Assembly: GCA_019634695.1 (NCBI GenBank)
Contig: JAHCAW010000001.1
Coordinates: 115,921 to 179,920 of the forward strand
Direction of reading: 5' to 3'
DNA length: 64,000 bases
From: Candidatus Sumerlaeia bacterium
Lineage (GTDB): Bacteria > Sumerlaeota > Sumerlaeia > SLMS01 > JAHLLQ01
The notes beneath the pieces are model-generated. The model did no database searches and was not told the origin of the DNA. It saw only the letters and a program-made list of their open reading frames with translations. Made by a program: the position numbers and the translations under genes. This document shows, in pieces, positions 49,441-58,771 of the stretch. Position 1 is the first letter of the stretch. Every line of letters starts with the position of its first letter.

Positions 49441-49654
49441 GATGATTCTCTCGGCTTGTCGGAAATCGGGGGCCGCGGGCCCCCGGCGGCGTTCACCCTG
49501 CCCCGCCGCCGGGGCGGTGGCAAGACGGATGGACGCCCGGCGGACCGGCCGGAAGCCCCGGAATCCTCCGCATTGACGCGGGCGGGGGCGTTTGGTCCAA
49601 GGGCCGCACCGGCGCGCGGCGAGCGCCGCGATTCTCGTCTCCCCGGGCCCGTCC

Positions 49655-50701
49655 ATGACGCGCGGCAAGCTGATCTCCACCCTCGTCGCGATCGTCCTCA
49701 GCGTCGTCTTCCTCGTCATCGCCTTCCGCCGCATCGAGTTCGGCCAGCTCGTCGAGACCTTCCGCACCATCCAGTGGCTCTATGCCGTCCCCTTCGTCGC
49801 CGTCACCTGGGTGACTTTCTGGTGGCGCGGCTGGCGCTGGATGAAGCTGCTGCGCGCCACGCATCGCCTGCGCCTGCGCGACGTCTTCGGCCCCATGATG
49901 GTCGGCTTCGGGTTCAACTCGATCTTTCCGGCCCGCGCCGGCGAGTTCGCCCGCCCGCTCGCCCTCGTCAAGCAGGCCAACGTCCCCTACACCACCGGCT
50001 TCTCCTCTGTCGTCGTCGAGCGCATCTGGGACATCCTCGCCCTGCTGTTCTTCTTCATCCTCTGCTCGTTCTTCATCACGTTCGACGATTCGATCTCGTA
50101 CGCCTACGGCGACCTGACGATCACGCCCGCCACGCTGGAAGGCATCGTCCGCAAGGTCTCGATCCTTGCCGGCGTGCTGCTCGTCGGCTCGCTGACCATG
50201 CTGTCGGCGCGTTGCCGCAACCTCATGCGCTGGATTCTCCACCGCCTGCCGCTGCTGCCGGAGAAGGTCCGCGCGACGCTCGTCGCGCTCTTCGACTCCT
50301 TCGCGCTCGGTTTCGAGGCGCTGCGTCGCCCGGCTCTCGTCGCGCAGGTTGCCTTCGACAGCCTCGGCATCTGGTTCCTCACCGGCCTCACCTTCTGGAT
50401 CATGGCACTCGGCTTTCCCGGCTTCGAGATGACCGTCGGCCATGCCATGGTCTTCCTCGTCGTCACCTGCCTGATGGTGTCGCTGCCGTCGGCTCCCGGG
50501 TACTGGGGCCTGTACGAGGTCGGCGGGCTCATCGCGCTCAAGCTGGTGAACCCCCAGATCGACGAAAGTCTGGCGATGGGCTACACGCTTGTCGTCCATT
50601 TCCTGCAGTGGGCGCTTGTCACGGTCGTGGGGCTCTATTACGCTGGGCGCATCCATGTGTCGGTGAAGGAAGTCCCCTCGGATGTGGAGCTGAAGACGTG
50701 A
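49655..50701 (+). CDS. UPF0104 / LPG-synthase TM (flippase-like) protein
   Basis: RGWRW, NSIFPARAGEFAR, ERIWD, PSAPGYWG. Confidence 0.88.
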   Translation: MTRGKLISTLVAIVLSVVFLVIAFRRIEFGQLVETFRTIQWLYAVPFVAVTWVTFWWRGWRWMKLLRATHRLRLRDVFGPMMVGFGFNSIFPARAGEFARPLALVKQANVPYTTGFSSVVVERIWDILALLFFFILCSFFITFDDSISYAYGDLTITPATLEGIVRKVSILAGVLLVGSLTMLSARCRNLMRWILHRLPLLPEKVRATLVALFDSFALGFEALRRPALVAQVAFDSLGIWFLTGLTFWIMALGFPGFEMTVGHAMVFLVVTCLMVSLPSAPGYWGLYEVGGLIALKLVNPQIDESLAMGYTLVVHFLQWALVTVVGLYYAGRIHVSVKEVPSDVELKT

Positions 50702-52194
50702 GCGTCGGCCTGGCCAGACGAGCGGTGCGACGCGGCGGCCTGGCCGCGGCGCTGCTCGGTGCGCTCGCGACGCTGACCGTGGCCGACCCCGCGGCGCCCT
50801 CCGAGTCCCCGGCCAACGATGTTGTGTGCTTCGTCTCCACCCGCGCGCCGGAGTACCCGGCGCGGCTCGATCATGGCCCATGGCCGGATCCGGCCCGCCT
50901 GGCCGAGCACCCTTGGATCGGCGGCCTCTGGATCGACGGCGTCTGGCAGCCGCTCGACGTGCAACTGGCCTGCACCGCGGTGCCGGTCGGCGGCATCCCG
51001 TTCCGCATCGAGGGCCAGCGCATCTCCTTCTCGCTCGCGCCGGCCGGGCACGACGAGGCGCTCGCCTTCGAGGGCGAGCTCTCCGCGCGCGGCGAGCTGC
51101 GCGGCATCGCCCGCGGCGCCGACGTGACCGGCGGCTTCGTGCTCGCCCGCCAAGGGCCCGCCTCGCCGGCCAACCTCGCCGAGGCGCTCGGCATTTACGA
51201 AACCGCGCTGCGCGACTTCACGCTGGTGCTCGCGGACGAGACCCGGCCCGACGCGGCATGGCTGGTCGAGCAGGGGCGGTTCGAGCCCCTGCGCCCCGTC
51301 GGCCGCGACACCTGCCTGACGGCCGACGGCCGGCGGCTCTTGCGTGTGCGGGACCACGCCGGCGCTGTCGCCCAGATGCGGCTCGGCCCGTGGGACGACG
51401 AATCGCTCGTCGGCGTGCGCCGCACCGGCTATCGCATCGAGCAGGTCATGCTCGACGCGGAGGGAATCGCGACGACGGCACGCTACGTGGCGCGCGACCA
51501 GACACGCCGGCTGCATCCGGGCCTTGTGCTGCTCGAACCCGCCGACGCCGACGCGCGCGAACGCCTCGTCGCGGATCACTACGCGATGCGCTTCGCCGCC
51601 TTGGGGTACTTGGTGATTCAGGTGACAGTGCCTGCCGAGGGTGGCGACGCCGTCGCCCGCGCGGCGCGCGCTCATCTGGCCGCGGACCGCGATCTCGATC
51701 CTGCCCGCGTGGCGCTGCTTGCCCATCGCGCGGCCGTCACACCGGCGCTCGGGCTGCTCGGCAATGCGGAGACGCCCATCCACGTTGCGGTGCTCGTGTC
51801 GCCGCCGGCCGACGTTGCGCTGCCCGCTGCGGACGCCGGCACGGCCGCGCTGCCGCTGCTGCTGATGCTCGGCGGGGACGAACCCGACGCCGCCCCGCGC
51901 GCAGAGTCGCTGCATGCCGCGGCGCTCGCCGACGGCTGGGCCGCCGCCGAAGTGCTCGCCATCGCCGGCGCGGGCGTGGGCTTGCGCCTGCAGGACGATC
52001 CCGCCCACTCCTCCTTCGCCCTGCATCCCGAAGCGCTTCGCGAGCTGATGAGCTGGTTCGCCGAGAACATGCCCGAGGGCACCGAACGCGCCGAGCCCGT
52101 CTTCGACCGCAACGTGCTTCACCGCCTCGACGTCGAGGACCGCCAACACGTGCGCACCTTCTGGGAAGCGCGCCGCGCGGCGGACAGCGAGTGA
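50698..52194 (+). CDS. Exported hypothetical protein with degenerate alpha/beta-hydrolase-like C-terminus
   Basis: GTGA coupling, signal peptide, FAALGYLVI...LDPARVALLAH...LPLLLMLGGDE. Confidence 0.55.
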   Translation: MSVGLARRAVRRGGLAAALLGALATLTVADPAAPSESPANDVVCFVSTRAPEYPARLDHGPWPDPARLAEHPWIGGLWIDGVWQPLDVQLACTAVPVGGIPFRIEGQRISFSLAPAGHDEALAFEGELSARGELRGIARGADVTGGFVLARQGPASPANLAEALGIYETALRDFTLVLADETRPDAAWLVEQGRFEPLRPVGRDTCLTADGRRLLRVRDHAGAVAQMRLGPWDDESLVGVRRTGYRIEQVMLDAEGIATTARYVARDQTRRLHPGLVLLEPADADARERLVADHYAMRFAALGYLVIQVTVPAEGGDAVARAARAHLAADRDLDPARVALLAHRAAVTPALGLLGNAETPIHVAVLVSPPADVALPAADAGTAALPLLLMLGGDEPDAAPRAESLHAAALADGWAAAEVLAIAGAGVGLRLQDDPAHSSFALHPEALRELMSWFAENMPEGTERAEPVFDRNVLHRLDVEDRQHVRTFWEARRAADSE

Positions 52195-52218
52195 TGCGGT
52201 TTCGAATCACCGCAATCG

Positions 52219-52246
52219 GTACCCCGAGCGTTAGCGAGGCGGCATG
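52219..52246. repeat. 28-bp dispersed repeat, copy 2
   Basis: gtaccccgagcgttagcgaggcggcatg. Confidence 0.75.
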
Positions 52247-52386
52247 TCCACGCCCTCCCACGCTCTCCAATCGCGGCGAGCGGAGGGGGCCTCTGTCGCG
52301 ATCTGTATACGGCCAAATATTCACTTCCTATCCACCAAATGGATGGGAAGCGAAGCGCCTTCGCATGGCACGAGGTCCCCTACAGA

Positions 52387-52932
52387 TCAAGGGAAGAGCT
52401 TCTTCTTGATTCGTTCGACCTCCCTCGAAAAGCCAGCAAGCTGGCTGATAATGGTCGGCCCTCCGACAGGGCCGAACAGAACTGCTTGCTTGGACTTGCC
52501 GCCGGGCCATGTGACGACCTGCGTTGCCCCTTTGTAGTTCGCGAAGAAGTCCGGCGATTTTACTTTCGATCTGCCCACTGTAAACTCGCCGCAATGCGCC
52601 AAGTAGAGTCTCGCATTGGAGTCGCGCAGGAAGCACCCCTTCGTCTGGCTGGTTCCTGTGTCCTTCTTCGGGTTTATTTGAAACATCGGTACTTGCTTGC
52701 CTTGGACAGTGGGGTCTTCATGACCGTACACGATCCAATATCGAGCCCCACCGGGCCACTCGTCGATATGGTTCCAAACCCCCTCATTCGCAAACCAATA
52801 GCAACCACTTCCGCCACCCCCGGCGGTTTCGACTCGGAAGTTTGCAACATAATGGCCGACACTTTGTATGAAAGCCTGATACTCTTGGAACGCCTTCTGG
52901 ATCTCTGGCGAGGTGTTCAAGGTTTTTAGCAT
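52387..52932 (-). CDS. Low-GC hypothetical protein
   Basis: 181 aa ORF with GGGGG RBS-like run in an AT-richer islet. Confidence 0.65.
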   Translation of the reverse strand: MLKTLNTSPEIQKAFQEYQAFIQSVGHYVANFRVETAGGGGSGCYWFANEGVWNHIDEWPGGARYWIVYGHEDPTVQGKQVPMFQINPKKDTGTSQTKGCFLRDSNARLYLAHCGEFTVGRSKVKSPDFFANYKGATQVVTWPGGKSKQAVLFGPVGGPTIISQLAGFSREVERIKKKLFP

Positions 52933-53060
52933 CGCACATACCCCCCGTTACCGAACTGACGCTAACCATACTGAGTATACAGGAAACAAGGGTTGAAACC
53001 TGTCAGGATGTCAACAGGAAATTCCCGAAGGGCGCCTCGCGGTCATCAGCATCCCAAGGA

Positions 53061-53145
53061 GCCTCTTCCGGCTTCACTGTGGATGGAGTCGGAGACCCGC
53101 GCAGTGGAAGTAGATGGCGTTGATGAAGCGTCCGATGTTCGCAAG
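53061..53145 (-). mobile_element. ISL3-family remnant: transposase C-terminus and right end
   Basis: RFINAIYFHCAGLRLHP matches the ISL3 C-terminal NAIYFHxGGLxLxP; ends ccacagtgaagccggaagaggc. Confidence 0.75.
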
Positions 53146-53204
53146 CGAGGCCGTTGGGTGCAAATGAGCACATTGCTCGACCTTCGCTTCTCGCCTCCTT
53201 TGAA

Positions 53205-54656
53205 CTAAGCCGACCTCGCCTGGCCCATCCGTTCCAGCGCCCCCAGCGCGCGCGCGCGGGCGGTGGCGTGGTCGACGATCGGCAATGGGTAGTCCACGCC
53301 CAGGCGCACGCCGGCCGACGCGAGCGTGGAGGGCGGAGCCTCCCACGGCCGGAACAGCACGGCGTCGGGCAGGCCCGACAGCTCCGGCACCCAGCGCCGC
53401 ACGTAGGCGCCCGACGGGTCGAACTTCGCTCCCTGAAGGATCGGGTTGAAGATCCGGAAGTAGGGCGAGGCGTCGGCGCCGCAGCCCGCCGTCCACTGCC
53501 AGCCTAGCGTGTTGTTCGCCAGGTCCGCGTCCACCAACGTGTCCCAGAACCAGCGCGCCCCCTCCTGCCAGGGCAGCAGCAGGTGCTTGACCAGAAACGA
53601 CGCCACGATCATCCGTACGCGGTTGTGCATCCACCCGGTCGTCCACAGCTCGCGCATGCCGGCATCGACGATTGGGTAGCCCGTGCGGCCGCGATGCCAC
53701 GCCTCGAGGTCCGTCGCCGAGCGTCGCCATGGGAAGCGCGCGAACTCGGGACGCAGCGGCGCCTCCGGGGTGGTTGGAAAGTGGAACAGCAGATGGTGGG
53801 CGAACTCGCGCCAGCCGACCTCGGCGAGGAACCGCTGCGCGTCCTTCGACCGCGGATCGGTCTTCTGTCGGACGGCGTGCCAGACCTGCCGCGGGCCGAT
53901 CTCGCCGAAGTGCAGGTGCGGCGACAGGCGCGACGTGCCCACGATGCCGGGCCGGTCGCGGTCGGTATCGTACGTCCCGACCGGTCCGTCGAGGAACTGC
54001 CGGAGCGCTCCGTGCGCGCCCTTCTCGCCGGGCGCCCATGCCTGCGCCAGCCCGCCGTCCCAGCGAATCGTCGGCAGCAACCCCAGCGCGCCGACCGACA
54101 GCGACTCCGGCCAGCGCGTCGGCGGCGCCAGCTTGCGCGGCGCGGCCAGCGGCTCCGGCGGCGTGCCCTCCGCCAGGCATCGCTTCCAGAACGGCGTGAA
54201 GACCTTGTAGGGTCCACCCTGTCCAGTCGCGATGGTCCAGGGCTCGTGCAGCAGCGCGGCGTTGAACGACACCGCCTCGACGCCTGACTCGCGCTCGCGC
54301 AGCGCCGTCTTCACCGCCGTGTCCCGCGCCACGGTGGCGGGGTCGTAGAGGCGGTTCCATGTCACGAGGCTGGCGCCGGTTTCGGCGCAGAGGGCCCGAA
54401 TCGCGTCAAGTGTATCGCCTTGTCTGATGACGAGCCGAGAGCCCCGCTTCGCCAAGTCCTCGGCCAGCCGCTCGAGCGCATGGTGCAGCCACCAGCGCGA
54501 CGCCCCGCCGGGGGCCCATGGGGCTTCCTCGCCGGGGGCATGGATGAAGACCGGGATAACCGGGCGGCCCTGCTCGACGGCATGGCACAGTGCCGGATTG
54601 TCGGCCAGCCGCAGGTCGCGTCGAAACCAGTGGAGAACGGGGGCGGGTGTGGGCAT
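53205..54656 (-). CDS. phrB: Deoxyribodipyrimidine photolyase
   Basis: WFRRDLRLADN, TSRLSPHLHFG, GWMHNRVRMI, YFRIFNP. Confidence 0.96.
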   Translation of the reverse strand: MPTPAPVLHWFRRDLRLADNPALCHAVEQGRPVIPVFIHAPGEEAPWAPGGASRWWLHHALERLAEDLAKRGSRLVIRQGDTLDAIRALCAETGASLVTWNRLYDPATVARDTAVKTALRERESGVEAVSFNAALLHEPWTIATGQGGPYKVFTPFWKRCLAEGTPPEPLAAPRKLAPPTRWPESLSVGALGLLPTIRWDGGLAQAWAPGEKGAHGALRQFLDGPVGTYDTDRDRPGIVGTSRLSPHLHFGEIGPRQVWHAVRQKTDPRSKDAQRFLAEVGWREFAHHLLFHFPTTPEAPLRPEFARFPWRRSATDLEAWHRGRTGYPIVDAGMRELWTTGWMHNRVRMIVASFLVKHLLLPWQEGARWFWDTLVDADLANNTLGWQWTAGCGADASPYFRIFNPILQGAKFDPSGAYVRRWVPELSGLPDAVLFRPWEAPPSTLASAGVRLGVDYPLPIVDHATARARALGALERMGQARSA

Positions 54657-54695
54657 AAGGCGAATTCCGACAGGGGTTTGCCCGCCCTGCGGAGG

Positions 54696-56237
54696 TCATC
54701 CGGGCGGGGTGAGGGGCCAGGCCTCGGCTCCCACCTCAGCGGCCAGCATGCCGCCCAGCACCAGCATCGGCAGCGTCGAGCCGGGGTGCGTCTCCGCCCC
54801 GGCGACCAGCAGCCCGCGAAACTCCGGAATCACCGCGCCGGGGCGTTGGAGCCATCCGCGGCGGCGGTGACAGGTCGTCCCGTGCAGGCTGCCGGCCGGC
54901 CAGCCCATCCGCTCGGCGAGGTCGCCGGGAGTGACGATCTGCTCGGCCGTGATCGCACCGCCGAGCCCCGTGCCACCTGCCTCCTCGAGGCGGCGCACCA
55001 GCCGGTCGCGCTCCTGCCGGGTCGTTTGCTCGCTCCATCGGAAGCGTGGGCTGACCGGCGGCATCGGCGCCTCGACGCGCAGCAGCGTTTCCGGGCCGGC
55101 CGGATCGCCGCCGCCGGCGACGGTCAGGTTGGTGACAATCAGCGGCGGCCGGGCGGCCGGCACGCTCCAGTCGTCGAGCTGGCGCAGCATCTCCTCGGTG
55201 TCGGGGGGGACGATCACGGTCATCGGCGCGTCGAAGGTTTCCCAGGAGGCGCTGCACCGCAGGCCCATCAGGAAGGTCGATCGCGCCGGCCGGGGCCGCC
55301 CGAGGCGCCGCAGCGCCCGGGCGCGCGTCTCCGACGGGGTCAGCAACTCCTCCAACGTCGGCCGCAGGCCGATTGTGCTGACGACCAGATCCGCCCGCAG
55401 CGTCTTGAAGCCCTGCCCCGCAACATGCCGGACGACGTCGTTCTCGAGCTGGATGCGCTCGACCGAGGCGTTGGTGACGACGCGGATGTCGAGCAGCTCG
55501 CAGACGCGCAGCAGCGCCTCGCGCACGCCGGCCACACCGCCCGTCGGCACCCAGCAGCCGTGAAGCAGCTCGCCGAACAGGATCGGCAGGAAGCCGGCGG
55601 CGAGCCGGCGCGTGGAGGCGCCGTGGCGCGCGGCGAGCACCTCGAATGCCTCGGCCAGCGGGGCGCCGGGGAGACGATGTCGCAGCCGCGTGGCCAGCCG
55701 TCCGGGTCGCAGCGTCCCGGCCAGAAAGGGCCATGCCGGCGGGAAGCCGGCCAGCGCCCGCAGACGCGCGGTGCCCCGGCCGGGCTGCGCCAGAAAGTGG
55801 TCCTCGGCGATGCGGGCCTGGCGCTCCCAGCGCGGCAGGTCCCGCAGGAAGCGTTCGGCGGCCGCCGGGGCCAGACGGCCCATCTCGTCGGCCAGCCGTG
55901 CCGGGTCCGCGTGCAGGTGGAAGGTCTCGCCGGAGGGCAGCAGCAGGCGGGCGACCGGCTCGACGGGGCGGAACTCGACGAAGTCGCTCAGGCGCAGGTC
56001 GGCCAGGGCGAAGAGCTGGCCGAGCACATGGGGCTGGAAGACGAAGGGATCGATGGCGGCAAGCGGGACGCCTTCGCCGCGCGGGGCGAGGCGGCCACCG
56101 GCGACGCTGTCGCGCTCGAGCACGCGCACCCGGGCGCCGCGAGCGGCAAGCGCCACGGCCGCGCCGAGGCCCGCCGGGCCCGAGCCGATCACCACCGCGC
56201 GCACGCCGGCCAGCGACTTGTCCAGGACGATCTTCAC
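54696..56237 (-). CDS. Phytoene desaturase (CrtI)-like FAD oxidoreductase, divergent
   Basis: VIGSGPAGL, PTGGVAG, TPGDL, GAETHPGSTLPMLVLGG. Confidence 0.75.
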   Translation of the reverse strand: MKIVLDKSLAGVRAVVIGSGPAGLGAAVALAARGARVRVLERDSVAGGRLAPRGEGVPLAAIDPFVFQPHVLGQLFALADLRLSDFVEFRPVEPVARLLLPSGETFHLHADPARLADEMGRLAPAAAERFLRDLPRWERQARIAEDHFLAQPGRGTARLRALAGFPPAWPFLAGTLRPGRLATRLRHRLPGAPLAEAFEVLAARHGASTRRLAAGFLPILFGELLHGCWVPTGGVAGVREALLRVCELLDIRVVTNASVERIQLENDVVRHVAGQGFKTLRADLVVSTIGLRPTLEELLTPSETRARALRRLGRPRPARSTFLMGLRCSASWETFDAPMTVIVPPDTEEMLRQLDDWSVPAARPPLIVTNLTVAGGGDPAGPETLLRVEAPMPPVSPRFRWSEQTTRQERDRLVRRLEEAGGTGLGGAITAEQIVTPGDLAERMGWPAGSLHGTTCHRRRGWLQRPGAVIPEFRGLLVAGAETHPGSTLPMLVLGGMLAAEVGAEAWPLTPPG

Positions 56238-57298
56238 GCCTCCTCGCCCTCCTCGTCGGCCGCGCCGGCGGCGGTGTGCTCGTCCACCTCGCGTGCCAGC
56301 AGCTCCTCCAGATCGATCGCCGGGAAGAGCGCCGCCAGGGGGGCGAGCAGTTCGGGCGGCAGCGGCGCCAGGAAGCGCTGCCACTGGTTGTCGGCCGGAT
56401 GGCGCAGGCGCAGCACCCGGGCGTGCAGGAAAGGTCGGTCCAGCCGGGCGAAGGACTTGCGCAGCGACGACGGGGCATTGCGCAGGCGCTCGAGCAGGCG
56501 CTCGTTCGCCCCGCCGTACAGCCAGTCGCCGGCGATCGGATGGCCGACGTGCGCGCAGTGCACGCGAATCTGGTGCGTGCGCCCGGTCTCGAGGCGGCAC
56601 CGCACCAGCGCGAAGCCGTGCGCGCGGGCCAGCACCTTCAGGTGTGTGACGGCCGGCCGGGCGCCGGAGCCGTTGACTGCCCGCCGGATGCGCTGCGTCT
56701 CGTGGCGGCCGATGGGAGCGTCGACGCGTTGCTCGACCCAGTCGGGCTCACCGGTCACCAGTGCCACGTAGAGGCGCGCCATCGTGCGCGCGCGCAACTG
56801 ATTGGCCAGCAGGCGCATGGCGCGGTCGGTCTTGGCGACGACGAGGGCGCCGCTGGTTTCGCGGTCGAGCCGGTGGACGATGCCCGGGCGCTTGACGCCG
56901 TTGATGCCCGGCAGGTCCGGGAAGCGATGGAGCAGGGCGTTGACGAGGGTGCCGTCGGGATTGCCGGCGGCCGGGTGGACGATCATGCCGGCGGCCTTGT
57001 TGACCACCACGATGTCGGGGTCGTCGTGCAGGAGGTCGAGCGGCAGGTCCTGCGGCTGGGGCCAGGGGTCCTCGGCGGGGGGGAGGTCGAGCCGGATGGT
57101 CTCGCCGCCGGCCAGGACATGGCTGCGCTTGGGCACCTCGCCATCGACGAGCACGCGGCCGTCCTTGACGAGTTGCTGGAAGAAGGTGCGGCTGCGCTCG
57201 GTTTGGCGGCGGCCGAGGAAGGTGTCCAGGCGCATGCCGGCCGCCTCGTCGGGCACGCGGAACTCCTCGAGGCGCGAGGGATTGGTGGGCAGGGTCAT
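56234..57298 (-). CDS. rluD: RluA/RluD family pseudouridine synthase
   Basis: S4-like RLDTFL, VNKAAG, HRLDRETSG, GRTHQIRVH. Confidence 0.92.
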   Translation of the reverse strand: MTLPTNPSRLEEFRVPDEAAGMRLDTFLGRRQTERSRTFFQQLVKDGRVLVDGEVPKRSHVLAGGETIRLDLPPAEDPWPQPQDLPLDLLHDDPDIVVVNKAAGMIVHPAAGNPDGTLVNALLHRFPDLPGINGVKRPGIVHRLDRETSGALVVAKTDRAMRLLANQLRARTMARLYVALVTGEPDWVEQRVDAPIGRHETQRIRRAVNGSGARPAVTHLKVLARAHGFALVRCRLETGRTHQIRVHCAHVGHPIAGDWLYGGANERLLERLRNAPSSLRKSFARLDRPFLHARVLRLRHPADNQWQRFLAPLPPELLAPLAALFPAIDLEELLAREVDEHTAAGAADEEGEEA

Positions 57299-57435
57299 GC
57301 GGGGTGGTGCTCCGGGCGCATTCGTCCCGGCCAGCAGGGGGCCGACAGCTTGCCGGGGGGAACTTTTTTCTGGCGCGCCCCGGCCCACCGTGTCGAGAGT
57401 GACTCGCGGGCCCACTCTCCCCGACCGTCGGATTC

Positions 57436-58767
57436 ATGCCGCCTCCCTCCTCACGACGCGAACGCACCGGCGCGCTGGTCGAGCAAAGCGGCGCCCTCGT
57501 CACCATCATCGAGGACGACCCCGACTTCGGCGGCTACCTCGAGGAACTGCTGCAAGACAGCGGCCTGGCCAACGTGCGGCTCTACGACGACGGGCTCGAA
57601 GGGCTGCGCGCCTGCCTGCGCGACGTTCCCAATGTCCTCGTCCTGGACCTGAACCTGCCCTCGATGCGCGGCGAGGAAATCTGCCGCCTGCTGCGCTCGT
57701 CGCCCATGCACCGCGCCATCCGCATCCTCGTGTGCTCCGACATGCCCGAGGCCCAGAAGCGCGAGATGGAGCTGCTCAACATCGGCGCCGACGTCTACTT
57801 CGAGAAGCCCTTCATCGAGGAGCGCTTCATCGAGGACCTCGAGCACCTGCTGCGCAAGTCGCGCGGCATCGCCACTGAGACCCCCGAGGAGGAGACCCAG
57901 AACCGGGCGCCGGGCGCCGAGGAGGTGGCGTGGCGCGAGTCGCAGGAGACCTTCGCGCGCGAGTACTCCGGCCCGCGCGGCACGCCGCCGCCGAACTTCT
58001 CCGGCTACTCGATCCTCGAGGTCATCGGCGGCGGCGCCATGGGCACCGTCTACAAGGCCCGCGACGAGGCCCACGATCGCCTCGTCGCCCTCAAGGTCTT
58101 CCTGCGCAACCCGCACGACAAGGGCGACAGCTTCGAGCGCTTCCAGCGCGAGGCCGTCATCATGGGCGAGCTGCGCCATCCCAACGTCTTGGCCGTCTAC
58201 GAGACCGGCCACACCGGCTTCACCTACTACATCTCGATGGAGTACATGGACCGCGGCAGCCTGATCGACCTGCCCGACAGCCAGATCACCATCGACCTGT
58301 GCCGGCGCGTCGTCCAGCAGGCAGGCGAGGCCCTCATCCACATTCACGAACGCGGCATCATCCACCGCGACATCAAGCCCGGCAACATCCTGCTCTCCTC
58401 CGACGGTGCCATCAAGATCGGCGACTTCGGCATCAGTCGCGTCCGGCTCGGCATCGACCAGCGCGAGTTCACCAGTCAGGAGATGCTGATGGGCACACGC
58501 ATCTACATGGCGCCGGAGCTCTTCATCGGCGGCAAGGCCGACGAGACCACCGACATCTACGCGTTCGGGCGCACGATGCTGCGCCTGTTCGAGGGAGCGA
58601 CGCCCGAGCTGCCGACGCGGCCGCTCAAGGTCCTGCGCCCGGACATGCCGCCGGCCTTCTCGGACGCGCTGGAGAAGTGCATGGCGATCGATCCGCGCAA
58701 TCGCTTCGCCACGATGCGCGAGACCCGCGCCGCACTGCTCGCCGCACTCGGCGACGCGGAGTCCTGA
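57436..58767 (+). CDS. Receiver domain fused to Ser/Thr protein kinase
   Basis: IEDD, LDLNLP, EKPF; GGGAMGTVYKA, HRDIKPGN, DFG, YMAPE. Confidence 0.92.
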   Translation: MPPPSSRRERTGALVEQSGALVTIIEDDPDFGGYLEELLQDSGLANVRLYDDGLEGLRACLRDVPNVLVLDLNLPSMRGEEICRLLRSSPMHRAIRILVCSDMPEAQKREMELLNIGADVYFEKPFIEERFIEDLEHLLRKSRGIATETPEEETQNRAPGAEEVAWRESQETFAREYSGPRGTPPPNFSGYSILEVIGGGAMGTVYKARDEAHDRLVALKVFLRNPHDKGDSFERFQREAVIMGELRHPNVLAVYETGHTGFTYYISMEYMDRGSLIDLPDSQITIDLCRRVVQQAGEALIHIHERGIIHRDIKPGNILLSSDGAIKIGDFGISRVRLGIDQREFTSQEMLMGTRIYMAPELFIGGKADETTDIYAFGRTMLRLFEGATPELPTRPLKVLRPDMPPAFSDALEKCMAIDPRNRFATMRETRAALLAALGDAES

Positions 58768-58771
58768 ACCT

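Noticed and set aside
47470-50697. 5' extension making a 1574-aa ORF ending at 52194
   Set aside because: Overlaps two real genes; protein-like sequence starts at the coupled GTG at 50698.
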